33,058 nucleotides of DNA, taken from the IMG/VR virus record IMGVR_UViG_2061766007_001416. One strand, 5' to 3'. This document shows, one piece after another, positions 11,826 to 20,996 of this stretch (positions are counted from its first letter, which is position 1; every line of letters starts with the position of its first letter). A model generated the notes under the pieces. That model did no database searches, had not been told where the DNA came from, and saw only the letters and a program-made list of their open reading frames with translations. The translations under genes and the position numbers were made by a program. This DNA comes from an uncultured virus (IMG/VR IMGVR_UViG_2061766007_001416). Lineage: Duplodnaviria > Heunggongvirae > Uroviricota > Caudoviricetes.

Positions 11826-12403
11826 ATGCTGCCTACATTTGAATTTAACAATAAGAAGCTGTCTGATTTTGGAGCAGTTATCGAAGAAGCACCTCACTAT
11901 GTTTTGTCGGTCAGAGAGTTTGAGTTTACATCAATTCCACAAAAAAGCGGCGATTTTATTANNNNNNNNNNAAAGCTGTCTGATTTTGGAGCAGTTATAA
12001 ATGAAGCACCTCACTATGTTTTGTCGACCAGAGAGTTTGAGTTTACATCAATTCCACAAAAAAGCGGCGATTTTATTANNNNNNNNNNNNNNNNNNNNNN
12101 NNNNNNNNNNNNNNNNNNNNNNNNNNNNNNNNNNNNNNNNNNNNNNNNNNNNNNNNNNNNNNNNNNNNNNNNNNNNNNNNNNNNGTGGCTTTTGGGATCT
12201 TATGAATACAAAATTCTTAAGGATACATATAACACAAACTACTATCAAAGAGCGGTTTGCACCGGTATTACAAATGTCGCTGTGGATGCAAAAGGAGCTG
12301 TGTCTGCAACGGTAACTTTTAACTGCGATCCGTTCTTGTATAGTAAAAGCGGCTTAACGGAAATAGAAGTAAACTCCAACAATTATACAATTACAAACCG
12401 TGA
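11826..12403 (+). CDS. Distal tail (Dit-like) protein, gapped
   Basis: MLPTFEFNNKKLSDFG...SIPQKSGD...FNCDPFLY; directly downstream of the TMP. Confidence 0.75.
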
Positions 12404-13259
12404 NNNNNNNNNNNNNNNNNNNNNNNNNNNNNNNNNNNNNNNNNNNNNNNNNNNNNNNNNNNNNNNNNNNNNNNNNNNNNNNNNNNNNNNNNNNNNNNNN
12501 NNNNNNNNNNNNNNNNNNNNNNNNNNNNNNNNNNNNNNNNNNNNNNNNNNNNNNNNNNNNNNNNNNNNNNNNNNNNNNNNNNNNNNNNNNNNNNNNNNNN
12601 NNNNNNNNNNNNNNNNNNNNNNNNNNNNNNNNNNNNNNNNNNNNNNNNNNNNNNNNNNNNNNNNNNNNNNNNNNNNNNNNNNNNNNNNNNNNNNNNNNNN
12701 NNNNNNNNNNNNNNNNNNNNNNNNNNNNNNNNNNNNNNNNNNNNNNNNNNNNNNNNNNNNNNNNNNNNNNNNNNNNNNNNNNNNNNNNNNNNNNNNNNNN
12801 NNNNNNNNNNNNNNNNNNNNNNNNNNNNNNNNNNNNNNNNNNNNNNNNNNNNNNNNNNNNNNNNNNNNNNNNNNNNNNNNNNNNNNNNNNNNNNNNNNNN
12901 NNNNNNNNNNNNNNNNNNNNNNNNNNNNNNNNNNNNNNNNNNNNNNNNNNNNNNNNNNNNNNNNNNNNNNNNNNNNNNNNNNNNNNNNNNNNNNNNNNNN
13001 NNNNNNNNNNNNNNNNNNNNNNNNNNNNNNNNNNNNNNNNNNNNNNNNNNNNNNNNNNNNNNNNNNNNNNNNNNNNNNNNNNNNNNNNNNNNNNNNNNNN
13101 NNNNNNNNNNNNNNNNNNNNNNNNNNNNNNNNNNNNNNNNNNNNNNNNNNNNNNNNNNNNNNNNNNNNNNNNNNNNNNNNNNNNNNNNNNNNNNNNNNNN
13201 NNNNNNNNNNNNNNNNNNNNNNNNNNNNNNNNNNNNNNNNNNNNNNNNNNNNNNNNNNN

Positions 13260-14354
13260 TGCTTTATAATTCAAACACGACACCACAAAAATTCTTTGAT
13301 AATAACGGGTTGGGTTTTATAAAAAACAGCACAAAATGTATTGCAAGCGAGGAAAGAAACGGCAAATACGAGTTGGATTTGGAAGTGTTAACAAGCGACA
13401 GGTTATCAAGTTGTATTGTGCCGGGAATGTTTGTNNNNNNNNNNGTTAGATACGGCTCAAATATTAGCTCATATCATCAAGATAGTGACATCTCGACTGT
13501 TTATACACATTTAATGCCTTATGCGGTGCTTCCTCTTGTGCATTATGAAGTCAATAAAGATAAGGCAATTATTGGCGAACGTACGCTATATAATTATGCC
13601 CCAATTGAATTAGGAAACACTTCATTAACGTATAAGCGAGCTTTGCCTTATGATTTTTCCGAGAAATTTACAGAAGAACATGATCATATCCATTTTAACA
13701 CGTTCGGTGGTGCATGGTTAAACACAAACGAATTACTTAACAAACTCCAAACAGAAGCCGAAAAATACATCCGAGAAAATCAAGCGGCACTAACAGACAG
13801 ATCTGTAAATATCACAATAGATGTTGCCGCCACGCTTAANNNNNNNNNNGCTTCCTGTGGTTACATACGAAAATGATGGCTATAGCCTAAAAGATATAGC
13901 CACGCTTAGAGAAGAAACCCTATATTCTGTTGCAGTTTTGATTCCAGGCAGCACATTGACTTACGGAAGAGCTTTGCCTTATGATTTTTCCGATAAATTT
14001 ACAGAAGAACATGATCATATCCATATAACTAATGGTGTTCACGCAAACTATCGTGACCTGATAGATAAACTCCAAGCGGAAGCCGAAAAATACATCCGAG
14101 AAAATCAAGCGGCGCTAACAGACAGATCTGTAAATATCACAATAGATGTTGCCGCCACGCTTAACACTCTCAGAAACTGCCATTTGTGCGATACTGTAAA
14201 AGTCTGCTTTGAACCATTAGGATTTACAACAAATGCAAAAATCATAAAAACTGAATACGATTGCTTAAACGAACGTTACACCAAGCTTGAATTGGGTACG
14301 GCTAAAAAAAACATTGCTGACTTGTTTGACGGCAAAAACATAGGGGGTGCGTAA
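13260..14354 (+). CDS. Tail hub/endopeptidase-family (Tal-like) protein, gapped mosaic of alleles
   Basis: DNNGLGFI...EERNGKYELDLE N-terminus, YGSNI...VYTHLMPYA, LCDTVKV...AKIIKTEYDCLNERYTKLELG C-terminus. Confidence 0.8.
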
Positions 14355-14407
14355 GTTGCACATAGACGAATNNNNNNNNNNTTTGTTTGACGGCAAAAAC
14401 ATAGGGG

Positions 14408-15019
14408 GTGCGTAAGTTGTACATAGACGAATACTTAACGCTTGATTTGTCAGAAAACAAATATTTAGACTTTATAAACATAAAGCAAAATGAAAACGGC
14501 GTTAGAGATATCTATATTAATTTGACTTTTAACGGCGACCCTATAACTTTGGGATCTGGCGTTTACCCTGAGGCTGAAAGTTTTCCTATAACCGGACAAA
14601 CGCACGCTGCATATGTTAACGCAAGTGTAAACGGAGTAATTACGGCATACAGACAAGGTTGTTCAATTAGTGACGACCAGGTGATTGTTAATGTAAGCAG
14701 CGATTTGTCACGAGTCGCAGGCATGGAATACTGCGAATTAAAAATTGTGAATTTGAGTGTAACAGATCAAACAATAACTGAAAAAGTGGCATACAGCGCA
14801 ACATTTTTGCTAAATGTAGAGCAATCTGTGCTAAACCGAAACACAAATGATTATTTGCCGAACTCGAATTTAGAAAAAGAGTTGCAGGAAATAAAAGACA
14901 GGTTAGACAGATTAGAAGCCGGCAGTAATATTTTTGCTGGAATTGCTGTCGAGCATGTTTTACAGAATATTGTGAGTGAGTCAGTTGCAGGGACGGCAAC
15001 GGGCGGAGTACTTTTCTAG
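14408..15019 (+). CDS. Baseplate upper protein (BppU-N-like)
   Basis: GTG start after AGGGG; LTLDL...IKQNENGVRDIYINL resembles the BppU N-terminal motif; short coiled coil near the C-terminus; follows Tal. Confidence 0.6.
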   Translation: MRKLYIDEYLTLDLSENKYLDFINIKQNENGVRDIYINLTFNGDPITLGSGVYPEAESFPITGQTHAAYVNASVNGVITAYRQGCSISDDQVIVNVSSDLSRVAGMEYCELKIVNLSVTDQTITEKVAYSATFLLNVEQSVLNRNTNDYLPNSNLEKELQEIKDRLDRLEAGSNIFAGIAVEHVLQNIVSESVAGTATGGVLF

Positions 15020-15144
15020 GCAAACGAATGAGGTGGTTAAATGGATATTTATAAATCAGAACACGCAGTTTACGCATATAATGTTTTTACACGGCTCNNN
15101 NNNNNNNAGGCGGCGCTGGCTATAGCTAATTATGGGGTGGTTAA

Positions 15145-15815
15145 ATGGATGTTTATAAATCAGAATCCGCAGTTTACGCATATAATGTTTTTACACGGCT
15201 CAAACATATTTTTGACGTAATTTACGATTGGTCAAATGTGGAAACAGGGACAAATTACGAAAGGTACTATTTAAAAAATTATTTATATTTTGAAATTTGC
15301 AATGCGCCAACAGACGGTGTTAATGCCAGGGTGTCAGTAGTCTGGGATCTAAATAGNNNNNNNNNNCGTAATGCGCCAACGGACGGTGTTAATGCCAGGG
15401 TGTCAGTAGTCTGGGATCTAAATAGTGAAGAGGGTGGAACTCCGGTTTACGCACAATATGATTTCCAAGATAATTTTGCACACATAGAGGTTTACAAAAC
15501 TGACAGCACTGTATTTATTTGCTTTTCCCAAGGTCTTGAACCGGCAAATGTATCGGTTACTTATATGCCAACATTTATAATCAATACCGTAAGTTTCTAT
15601 GACGATGTTCACGTTATAAGCGATATATATGACACATCAGTGAAAGTTTATGGCGACTTTGATTATGCTGGCGTAGCGCCACAGATTGGCATCCATGTAC
15701 GTTACGGCTCGGAGTATACATTCAATATTTTAACAACACAAGTTGTGCCGTTTTATAATGTACATGGAGTTAACAAACAATATGACAATTTGTATCAAAT
15801 ATTATATTCGGACAA
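15145..15815 (+). CDS. Putative tail-tip/receptor-binding accessory protein (gapped; second allele start at 15041-15097)
   Basis: Aromatic- and beta-rich ORF with RBS GGGGTGG after the BppU-like gene. Function inferred from position only. Confidence 0.4.
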
Positions 15816-15825
15816 NNNNNNNNNN

Positions 15826-16995
15826 TTTTATACGATTTAGGCGCTGGAGTTTCAATAGCAGCAACCCCACAAGAAATTTTTGATGAAATATTAACACCTA
15901 TGGATCNNNNNNNNNNAAGCAAAAGCAAATCCGCATGATGATCCGCAGATTTTTGAAATTTATCAAACATCTGCGGATGATAAAAAAATTACAGCTAAGG
16001 GGCGGCATTTAAGATATATTGCTTATGGAAATGCGTTTAGGGATTTATACAATACAGGCGCTGGAGTTGCAAGAGCAGCAACCCCACAAGAAATTTTTAA
16101 CGAGATATTAACGCCTTATGTCGGCTATCCTACAATGCTTTTGTTTGATAATAATTTTGAGCTTTATTCTGACATAGAAACTGAAAATTACGTTCATGCA
16201 GGAGAGCAAAGACTTGTTCGTTTTGGCGAATTTCTTCAAGGACTAAAGGGTTCAATGCTTGACGTTTTTGGCGGCGAGCTTTATTTTGATAATTTCAGAA
16301 TTGAGCTATTGAAAAATCGTGGTTCGGATACGGNNNNNNNNNNGAAAAACGGTTAGTCCGGCTAGGAGAATTCCTTCAAGGTTTAGAGGGCTCAATGCTT
16401 GATGTGTTTGGCGGTGAATTCCGTTTTGATAATTTCAGAATTGAGCTATTGAAAAATCGTGGTTCTGATACGGGTATCGCTGTTAGATACGGCTCAAATA
16501 TTAGCTCATATCAACAAGATAGTGATATTTCAACTGTTTATACACATTTACTGCCTTATGCGGTTTTGCCTTTGGTGTTGTCTGAAACGTCCAAAGATAA
16601 GGCAACTCTTGGTGAAAGAACAATTTACAGTTATTCCCCAATTGAATTAGTAAACACTTCATTAACGTATAAGCGAGCTTTGCCTTATGATTTTTCCGAT
16701 AAATTTACANNNNNNNNNNTTTGCCTCTGGTGTTGCATGATCAGGACGGAGATAAGTCAACTCTTGGTGAAAGAACACTTTACAGTCTTTCCCCAATTGA
16801 ATTAGGAAACACTCCATTAACGTATAAGCGAGCTTTGCCTTATGATTTTTCCGATAAATTTACAGAAGAACATGATCATATCCATATTAGCACTTACGAT
16901 TATACATGGCTAAACGAAAGCGAATTACTTGACAAACTCCAAACAGAAGCCGAAAAATACATCCGAGAAAATCAAGCGGCGCTAACAGACAGATC
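15826..16995 (+). CDS. Additional allelic fragments of the Tal-like protein
   Basis: KANPHDDPQIFEIY, GSMLDVFGGExxFDNFRIELLKNRGSDTG and RALPYDFSDKF, shared with or complementary to 13260-14354. Confidence 0.75.
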
Positions 16996-17630
16996 NNNNN
17001 NNNNNNNNNNNNNNNNNNNNNNNNNNNNNNNNNNNNNNNNNNNNNNNNNNNNNNNNNNNNNNNNNNNNNNNNNNNNNNNNNNNNNNNNNNNNNNNNNNNN
17101 NNNNNNNNNNNNNNNNNNNNNNNNNNNNNNNNNNNNNNNNNNNNNNNNNNNNNNNNNNNNNNNNNNNNNNNNNNNNNNNNNNNNNNNNNNNNNNNNNNNN
17201 NNNNNNNNNNNNNNNNNNNNNNNNNNNNNNNNNNNNNNNNNNNNNNNNNNNNNNNNNNNNNNNNNNNNNNNNNNNNNNNNNNNNNNNNNNNNNNNNNNNN
17301 NNNNNNNNNNNNNNNNNNNNNNNNNNNNNNNNNNNNNNNNNNNNNNNNNNNNNNNNNNNNNNNNNNNNNNNNNNNNNNNNNNNNNNNNNNNNNNNNNNNN
17401 NNNNNNNNNNNNNNNNNNNNNNNNNNNNNNNNNNNNNNNNNNNNNNNNNNNNNNNNNNNNNNNNNNNNNNNNNNNNNNNNNNNNNNNNNNNNNNNNNNNN
17501 NNNNNNNNNNNNNNNNNNNNNNNNNNNNNNNNNNNNNNNNNNNNNNNNNNNNNNNNNNNNNNNNNNNNNNNNNNNNNNNNNNNNNNNNNNNNNNNNNNNN
17601 NNNNNNNNNNNNNNNNNNNNNNNNNNNNNN

Positions 17631-18331
17631 GGAAAAAGTAAATGCAATTCTTGGCACGTCCTTGACTAATACAACGACTAAAGAGAACAATTCCTCGAGT
17701 GACTCGACAACAAGCAAAACACTATATCGTGTTCAGATAGGTGCGTTTTCTGAAAAGTCAAATGCAGATACGCAGCTGTTTAACGTTAAAGCTAAGGGAT
17801 TTAAAGACGCATTTGTTACAAAGGTTGACACATGGTATAAAGTACAAGTAGGGGCTTTTGAGAATAAAACCAATGCTGAAANNNNNNNNNNCGCGTTTTC
17901 CGAGAAGTCAAATGCAGATATACAGCTGTTTAACGTTAAAGCTATGGGATTTAAAGACGCATTTGTTACAAAGGTTGACAAATGGTATAAAGTACAAGTA
18001 GGAGCTTTTGAGAATAAAACCAATGCTGAAAAGCAGCTTGAAAAGGTAAAGCAGGCAGGATTTAAAGATTGCTTTATTGCTACAAACGGGATCGTAAAGA
18101 AGTCCGTTACAGAGATCGCAAAAGAAGTAATTGCCGGGAAATGGGGTGCCGGAGCTGAGAGAAAAACGGCTCTTGAAAAGGCTGGGTATGANNNNNNNNN
18201 NCGTTACAGAGATCGCAAAAGAAGTAATTGCCGGAAAATGGGGTGCCGGAGCTGAGAGAAAGACGGCTCTCGAAAAGGCAGGATATGATTATAACGCTGT
18301 ACAAGCTAAGGTCAATGAGCTGATGAAATAA
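17631..18331 (+). CDS. Endolysin C-terminal cell-wall-binding region (two SPOR-like repeats plus a CW_7/Cpl-7 repeat); catalytic domain lost in the gap
   Basis: [15 protein letters not shown] and [16 protein letters not shown] (SPOR); [39 protein letters not shown] (CW_7). Confidence 0.85.
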
Positions 18332-18348
18332 GAAAGAGGTTTTATAAA

Positions 18349-18723
18349 ATGAGAGAACTTAACACAATTCAGAAGAGAGAAAAACTTAACAAGGTCTATG
18401 CTATTGGTGAAAAAGGCAACGGCGGGGCAAATCATCAGTACAATGTTGTAGGTTTGCCTATTGACGAAAATGATATGGGTATCTTTCAGGAAGTAATCCA
18501 TTTTCAAAACGGCGCAAGAAATCTTCCTGACAGCGTTTACGGCGTACTTGATACAGATTTGCTTGAAATTGTTAGAGACCGCCTAAAGGGTTTTCAAAGC
18601 GGCGAGTTTTCTTGCCGTGAGAATGCCTGTGCTCTAACTCATATCGAGGAGGCACTTATGTGGCTGAATCGCAGAGTTGAGGACAGGATTGAAAGGAACG
18701 TTCTCGGCACAAACAATAAATGA
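18349..18723 (+). CDS. tad1: Thoeris anti-defence protein 1 (Tad1), cyclic-nucleotide signal sponge
   Basis: 124 aa with [22 protein letters not shown] and [55 protein letters not shown], closely matching clostridial Tad1 as I recall it; RBS AGAGG. Confidence 0.9.
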   Translation: MRELNTIQKREKLNKVYAIGEKGNGGANHQYNVVGLPIDENDMGIFQEVIHFQNGARNLPDSVYGVLDTDLLEIVRDRLKGFQSGEFSCRENACALTHIEEALMWLNRRVEDRIERNVLGTNNK

Positions 18724-18796
18724 TAACATAAAATTTTGCGGCTATTTCGCTCAGATTTAGCCGTAGAGCGTTTAAAACTCAAAGAGCTGAAATTAT

Positions 18797-19042
18797 ATGG
18801 ACAACTGGTTTAAATGGCTCTGGAGCGTAATTCTGGGCGGTTTAGCAACGTTTTTCGGGCAGTATGGATTATTCATTGTTCTTGTTGCCGAGGCTATTTC
18901 TATTTCCGAAAATCTTTATCTTATTAACCCAGAAAGTTTTCCGCGGTGGATTGCACGAATGTTGAAAGTCGCAAAAGGGAAAATTGAGAAAGAGGGGTCA
19001 GACTATGACGAAACCGGAAACGATGACAATACAACCAAATGA
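18797..19042 (+). CDS. Holin-like membrane protein, apparently internally shortened
   Basis: N-terminal hydrophobic segment followed directly by EAISISENL...P.W, the C-terminal motif of the phage_holin_4_1 family; lies in the lysis region. Confidence 0.55.
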   Translation: MDNWFKWLWSVILGGLATFFGQYGLFIVLVAEAISISENLYLINPESFPRWIARMLKVAKGKIEKEGSDYDETGNDDNTTK

Positions 19043-19301
19043 TCCTATACCTTATGTTGCATATGAGGCGGCTATTGCAAGGCTTGACCATACAAATAGA
19101 AGACTTTGGATTTTAATTCTTGTTCTTATTGCTGTTATAGGCTTTTTGATATGGCGAGATATGCAATATGAAGATGTTGTGACGACTACAGAAACAGTAA
19201 CGCAAGATACAGGAAATGGCAATGGCAATAACACGTTTAGTGGCGATTTTATAGGCGGTGATTACTACGGCACGACAAACAGTAACACGAACACGAATTA
19301 A
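19005..19301 (+). CDS. Single-pass membrane protein of unknown function
   Basis: ATG at 19005 after GAGGGG; IPYVAYEAAIARLDHTNRR, TM segment LWILILVLIAVIGFLIW, T/N/G-rich tail. Confidence 0.7.
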   Translation: MTKPETMTIQPNDPIPYVAYEAAIARLDHTNRRLWILILVLIAVIGFLIWRDMQYEDVVTTTETVTQDTGNGNGNNTFSGDFIGGDYYGTTNSNTNTN

Positions 19302-19392
19302 AAAACGCCGTAAAAAAACAGGCGGCGATACAGGTTATAAGAAATGCCCTAACTGCGGCGGAGATGGACGTGTGAGGATTCGAAAAACATGA
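19267..19392 (+). CDS. Small basic CxxCxGxG peptide (41 aa) with ACG at the start position; not in the ORF track
   Basis: (T/M)ARQTVTRTRIKKRRKKTGGDTGYKKCPNCGGDGRVRIRKT; SD-like AGGCGGTGA upstream; stop overlaps the next ATG (ATGA). Confidence 0.45.
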   Translation, partial: TARQTVTRTRIKKRRKKTGGDTGYKKCPNCGGDGRVRIRKT

Positions 19393-19613
19393 AAATAAAC
19401 GCTGTTTTTAATTCTGATGATTTTTGCGTTTTTGTTGAAAAATATTGCCACAAAATGACACATAGGCCGATTTTGATTGACCGATATTGCAACGGGCTGA
19501 CCTTCTCAGAACTCTCCGACAAATACGACTACCCAGAAAGAAATATAAAATCAATAGTTTATAAGCACGATGACTTAATCATAAAATTTGTAAAAACATT
19601 AGAGCAGGGCTGA
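19389..19613 (+). CDS. Small sigma70-region-4-like HTH regulator
   Basis: ILIDRYCNGLTFSELSDKYDYPERNIKSIVYK fits the R4-type HTH pattern. Confidence 0.65.
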   Translation: MKINAVFNSDDFCVFVEKYCHKMTHRPILIDRYCNGLTFSELSDKYDYPERNIKSIVYKHDDLIIKFVKTLEQG

Positions 19614-19635
19614 TGCCCTGCTCTTGTTATTTTAT
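19601..19635 (+). terminator. Intrinsic terminator
   Basis: AGAGCAGGGC-TGAT-GCCCTGCTCT perfect 10-bp stem followed by TGTTATTTTT. Confidence 0.75.
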
Positions 19636-19692
19636 ACAAAAATTCAATTAAATCTTTGTACATTAATTTATCAAGAAATCTAAAAAAAAGCG

Positions 19693-19721
19693 TTGACATT
19701 AGTATATACTTATGTTATAAT
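19693..19721 (+). promoter_or_regulatory. Consensus sigma-A/70 promoter with a palindromic operator in the spacer
   Basis: TTGACA(19693)-17 bp-TATAAT(19716) with extended -10 TG; ACATTAGTAT/ATACTTATGT (19696-19715) is a 9/10 inverted repeat. Confidence 0.9.
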
Positions 19722-19771
19722 ATAATCAATATAAGGGAAGGAAAACCGACAGAACCGAAGGAGATAAGATT

Positions 19772-20119
19772 ATGAAAAAAGCAGTTATGACAAGAGCATG
19801 GGAAATCTACAGAACACTCACAGGCGATAGACGCACAAAGTTGAGCATGGCACTTCGTAGAGCATGGGCAGAGATTAAGGCAGCTAACGAGAAAAAAGAG
19901 TTTGGCGATCACGAAGTAATAGTAATCGAGGGCATGAGCAGAAATCAGGTATGGTCATTTAACCGTTGGGAAAAGTACGGCAAGCGCAGAATTTACATCA
20001 ATGAATCAAAGTGGGGTAAGATTGGTTATATCGACATCGACACGAAAGAGTATTGCGGAAACCGTCACGACGCATATATGAGCGTTATTAACAGCTTTTT
20101 AGCATCCTACAATTTTTAA
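19772..20119 (+). CDS. Small early-type hypothetical protein
   Basis: 115 aa, RBS AAGGAG; helical N-terminus MTRAWEI...LRRAWAEIK and C-terminal RWEKYGKRRIYIN...GYID. Confidence 0.8.
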   Translation: MKKAVMTRAWEIYRTLTGDRRTKLSMALRRAWAEIKAANEKKEFGDHEVIVIEGMSRNQVWSFNRWEKYGKRRIYINESKWGKIGYIDIDTKEYCGNRHDAYMSVINSFLASYNF

Positions 20120-20194
20120 TCCAACGAACAAAAAAATGAATATTAATAATCTGTGTTGATGTAGAAAAATGGATAGAGAAAAAGAGGTGATTGA

Positions 20195-20383
20195 ATGGCA
20201 ACAGAAAGCGAGATCAAAGCCGTCAACAAGTTTAACAAAGAAAAAACAAAAGTTATCCCCGTAAGATTAAATTTCAAGACGGATGCGGACATCTTATCGC
20301 ACCTTGAAACCGTATCATCAAAAATGGGTTATATAAAAAAACTTATCAGGGATGATATGGTAAAGAACAGAAAGCAGGGTTAA
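20195..20383 (+). CDS. Ribbon-helix-helix/Arc-like DNA-binding protein (putative autorepressor)
   Basis: 62 aa, RBS GAGGTG; beta strand KVIPVRLN followed by two helices ending YIKKLIRDDM. Confidence 0.6.
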   Translation: MATESEIKAVNKFNKEKTKVIPVRLNFKTDADILSHLETVSSKMGYIKKLIRDDMVKNRKQG

Positions 20384-20447
20384 CGCATAGTATAATAAAG
20401 TCATCAAAGGGAAGGAAAACCGACAGAACCAGAAAGGAAGCAAGATT

Positions 20448-20804
20448 ATGGCTAAAGAGATTATGATGAGAGAGCATTTTTATGAAGAAGAATACGATCG
20501 CACGGGATATGAAATCGTAGTAGATGGGGCAACAGTTGGCACGATAGAAATTATCGATAACTTCAATGAGTACAACGACGTATGTTATATTGAAAGAATC
20601 GACATCGAAGAAGCATACAGAAATCAGGGTATCGGCAGTAAAGTCCTTACATGTGTTCTACGAGAGGAATTTCATTACTTATTTGTTGTTGTTGCACCCG
20701 ACAACGCTGACGCACAAAGACTTTACGAGAGACTTGGAGTGGCAGGCTATAACGCTTATGGTCTCGACTATATGGATCAGGGTTACGGAATATATTCAAT
20801 CTAA
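20448..20804 (+). CDS. GNAT-family acetyltransferase
   Basis: Motif A RIDIEEAYRNQGIGSKVL and motif B NADAQRLYERLG. Confidence 0.85.
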   Translation: MAKEIMMREHFYEEEYDRTGYEIVVDGATVGTIEIIDNFNEYNDVCYIERIDIEEAYRNQGIGSKVLTCVLREEFHYLFVVVAPDNADAQRLYERLGVAGYNAYGLDYMDQGYGIYSI

Positions 20805-20868
20805 GAAAAACAGCTGACCTAACTTACAATTTGTCCGATAGAATGGTATTGATTACAGCTTAAACATC

Positions 20869-20899
20869 ATAAACGCTCCGTTATGGGGCGTTTATTTTT
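20869..20899 (+). terminator. Intrinsic terminator closing the small-gene island
   Basis: ATAAACGCTCC-GTTAT-GGGGCGTTTAT followed by TTTT. Confidence 0.75.
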
Positions 20900-20964
20900 G
20901 CACTTTTTGCGTACTTTTAACGGCACTTTTCGTCATTTCGGAAAGTGCCGTTTTCTTTTATACT
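20900..20964 (+). promoter_or_regulatory. Putative regulator-binding repeats and -10 box upstream of the 7-gene operon
   Basis: GYACTTTT at 20900, 20911 and 20923; inverted repeat 20919-20952; TATACT at 20959-20964 with no good -35. Confidence 0.5.
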
Positions 20965-20996
20965 TTAATTAGAATGCTTAAAATGGTGTGATTAAA

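Larger units (their letters stand above)
19733..20430 (+). repeat. 24-bp direct repeat in two gene leaders (19733-19756 and 20407-20430)
   Basis: AAGGGAAGGAAAACCGACAGAACC is identical in both; each is preceded by TATAAT and followed by an RBS and AAGATTATG. Confidence 0.9.

Noticed and set aside
13445..16995. Diversity-generating retroelement (TR/VR pair) explaining the Tal variants
   Set aside because: Differences include synonymous and non-adenine changes (ggc/ggt, cgt/aga, ctt/ttg) and indels, and no reverse transcriptase is visible. Gaps could hide one, but the pattern is not adenine-specific.
9174..16995. Shufflon or invertible tail cassettes
   Set aside because: All copies are in the same orientation and separated by N gaps, with no invertase or inverted crossover sites seen. 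Allelic assembly bubbles explain them more simply.
17662..18331. Endolysin with four SPOR and two CW_7 repeats
   Set aside because: The extra copies flank 10-N gaps and are near-identical alleles, so the true repeat number cannot be read here.
19733..20430. 24-bp repeat as CRISPR repeats or att sites
   Set aside because: The copies are about 670 bp apart, each sits in a gene leader, and no cas or integrase gene is in view.
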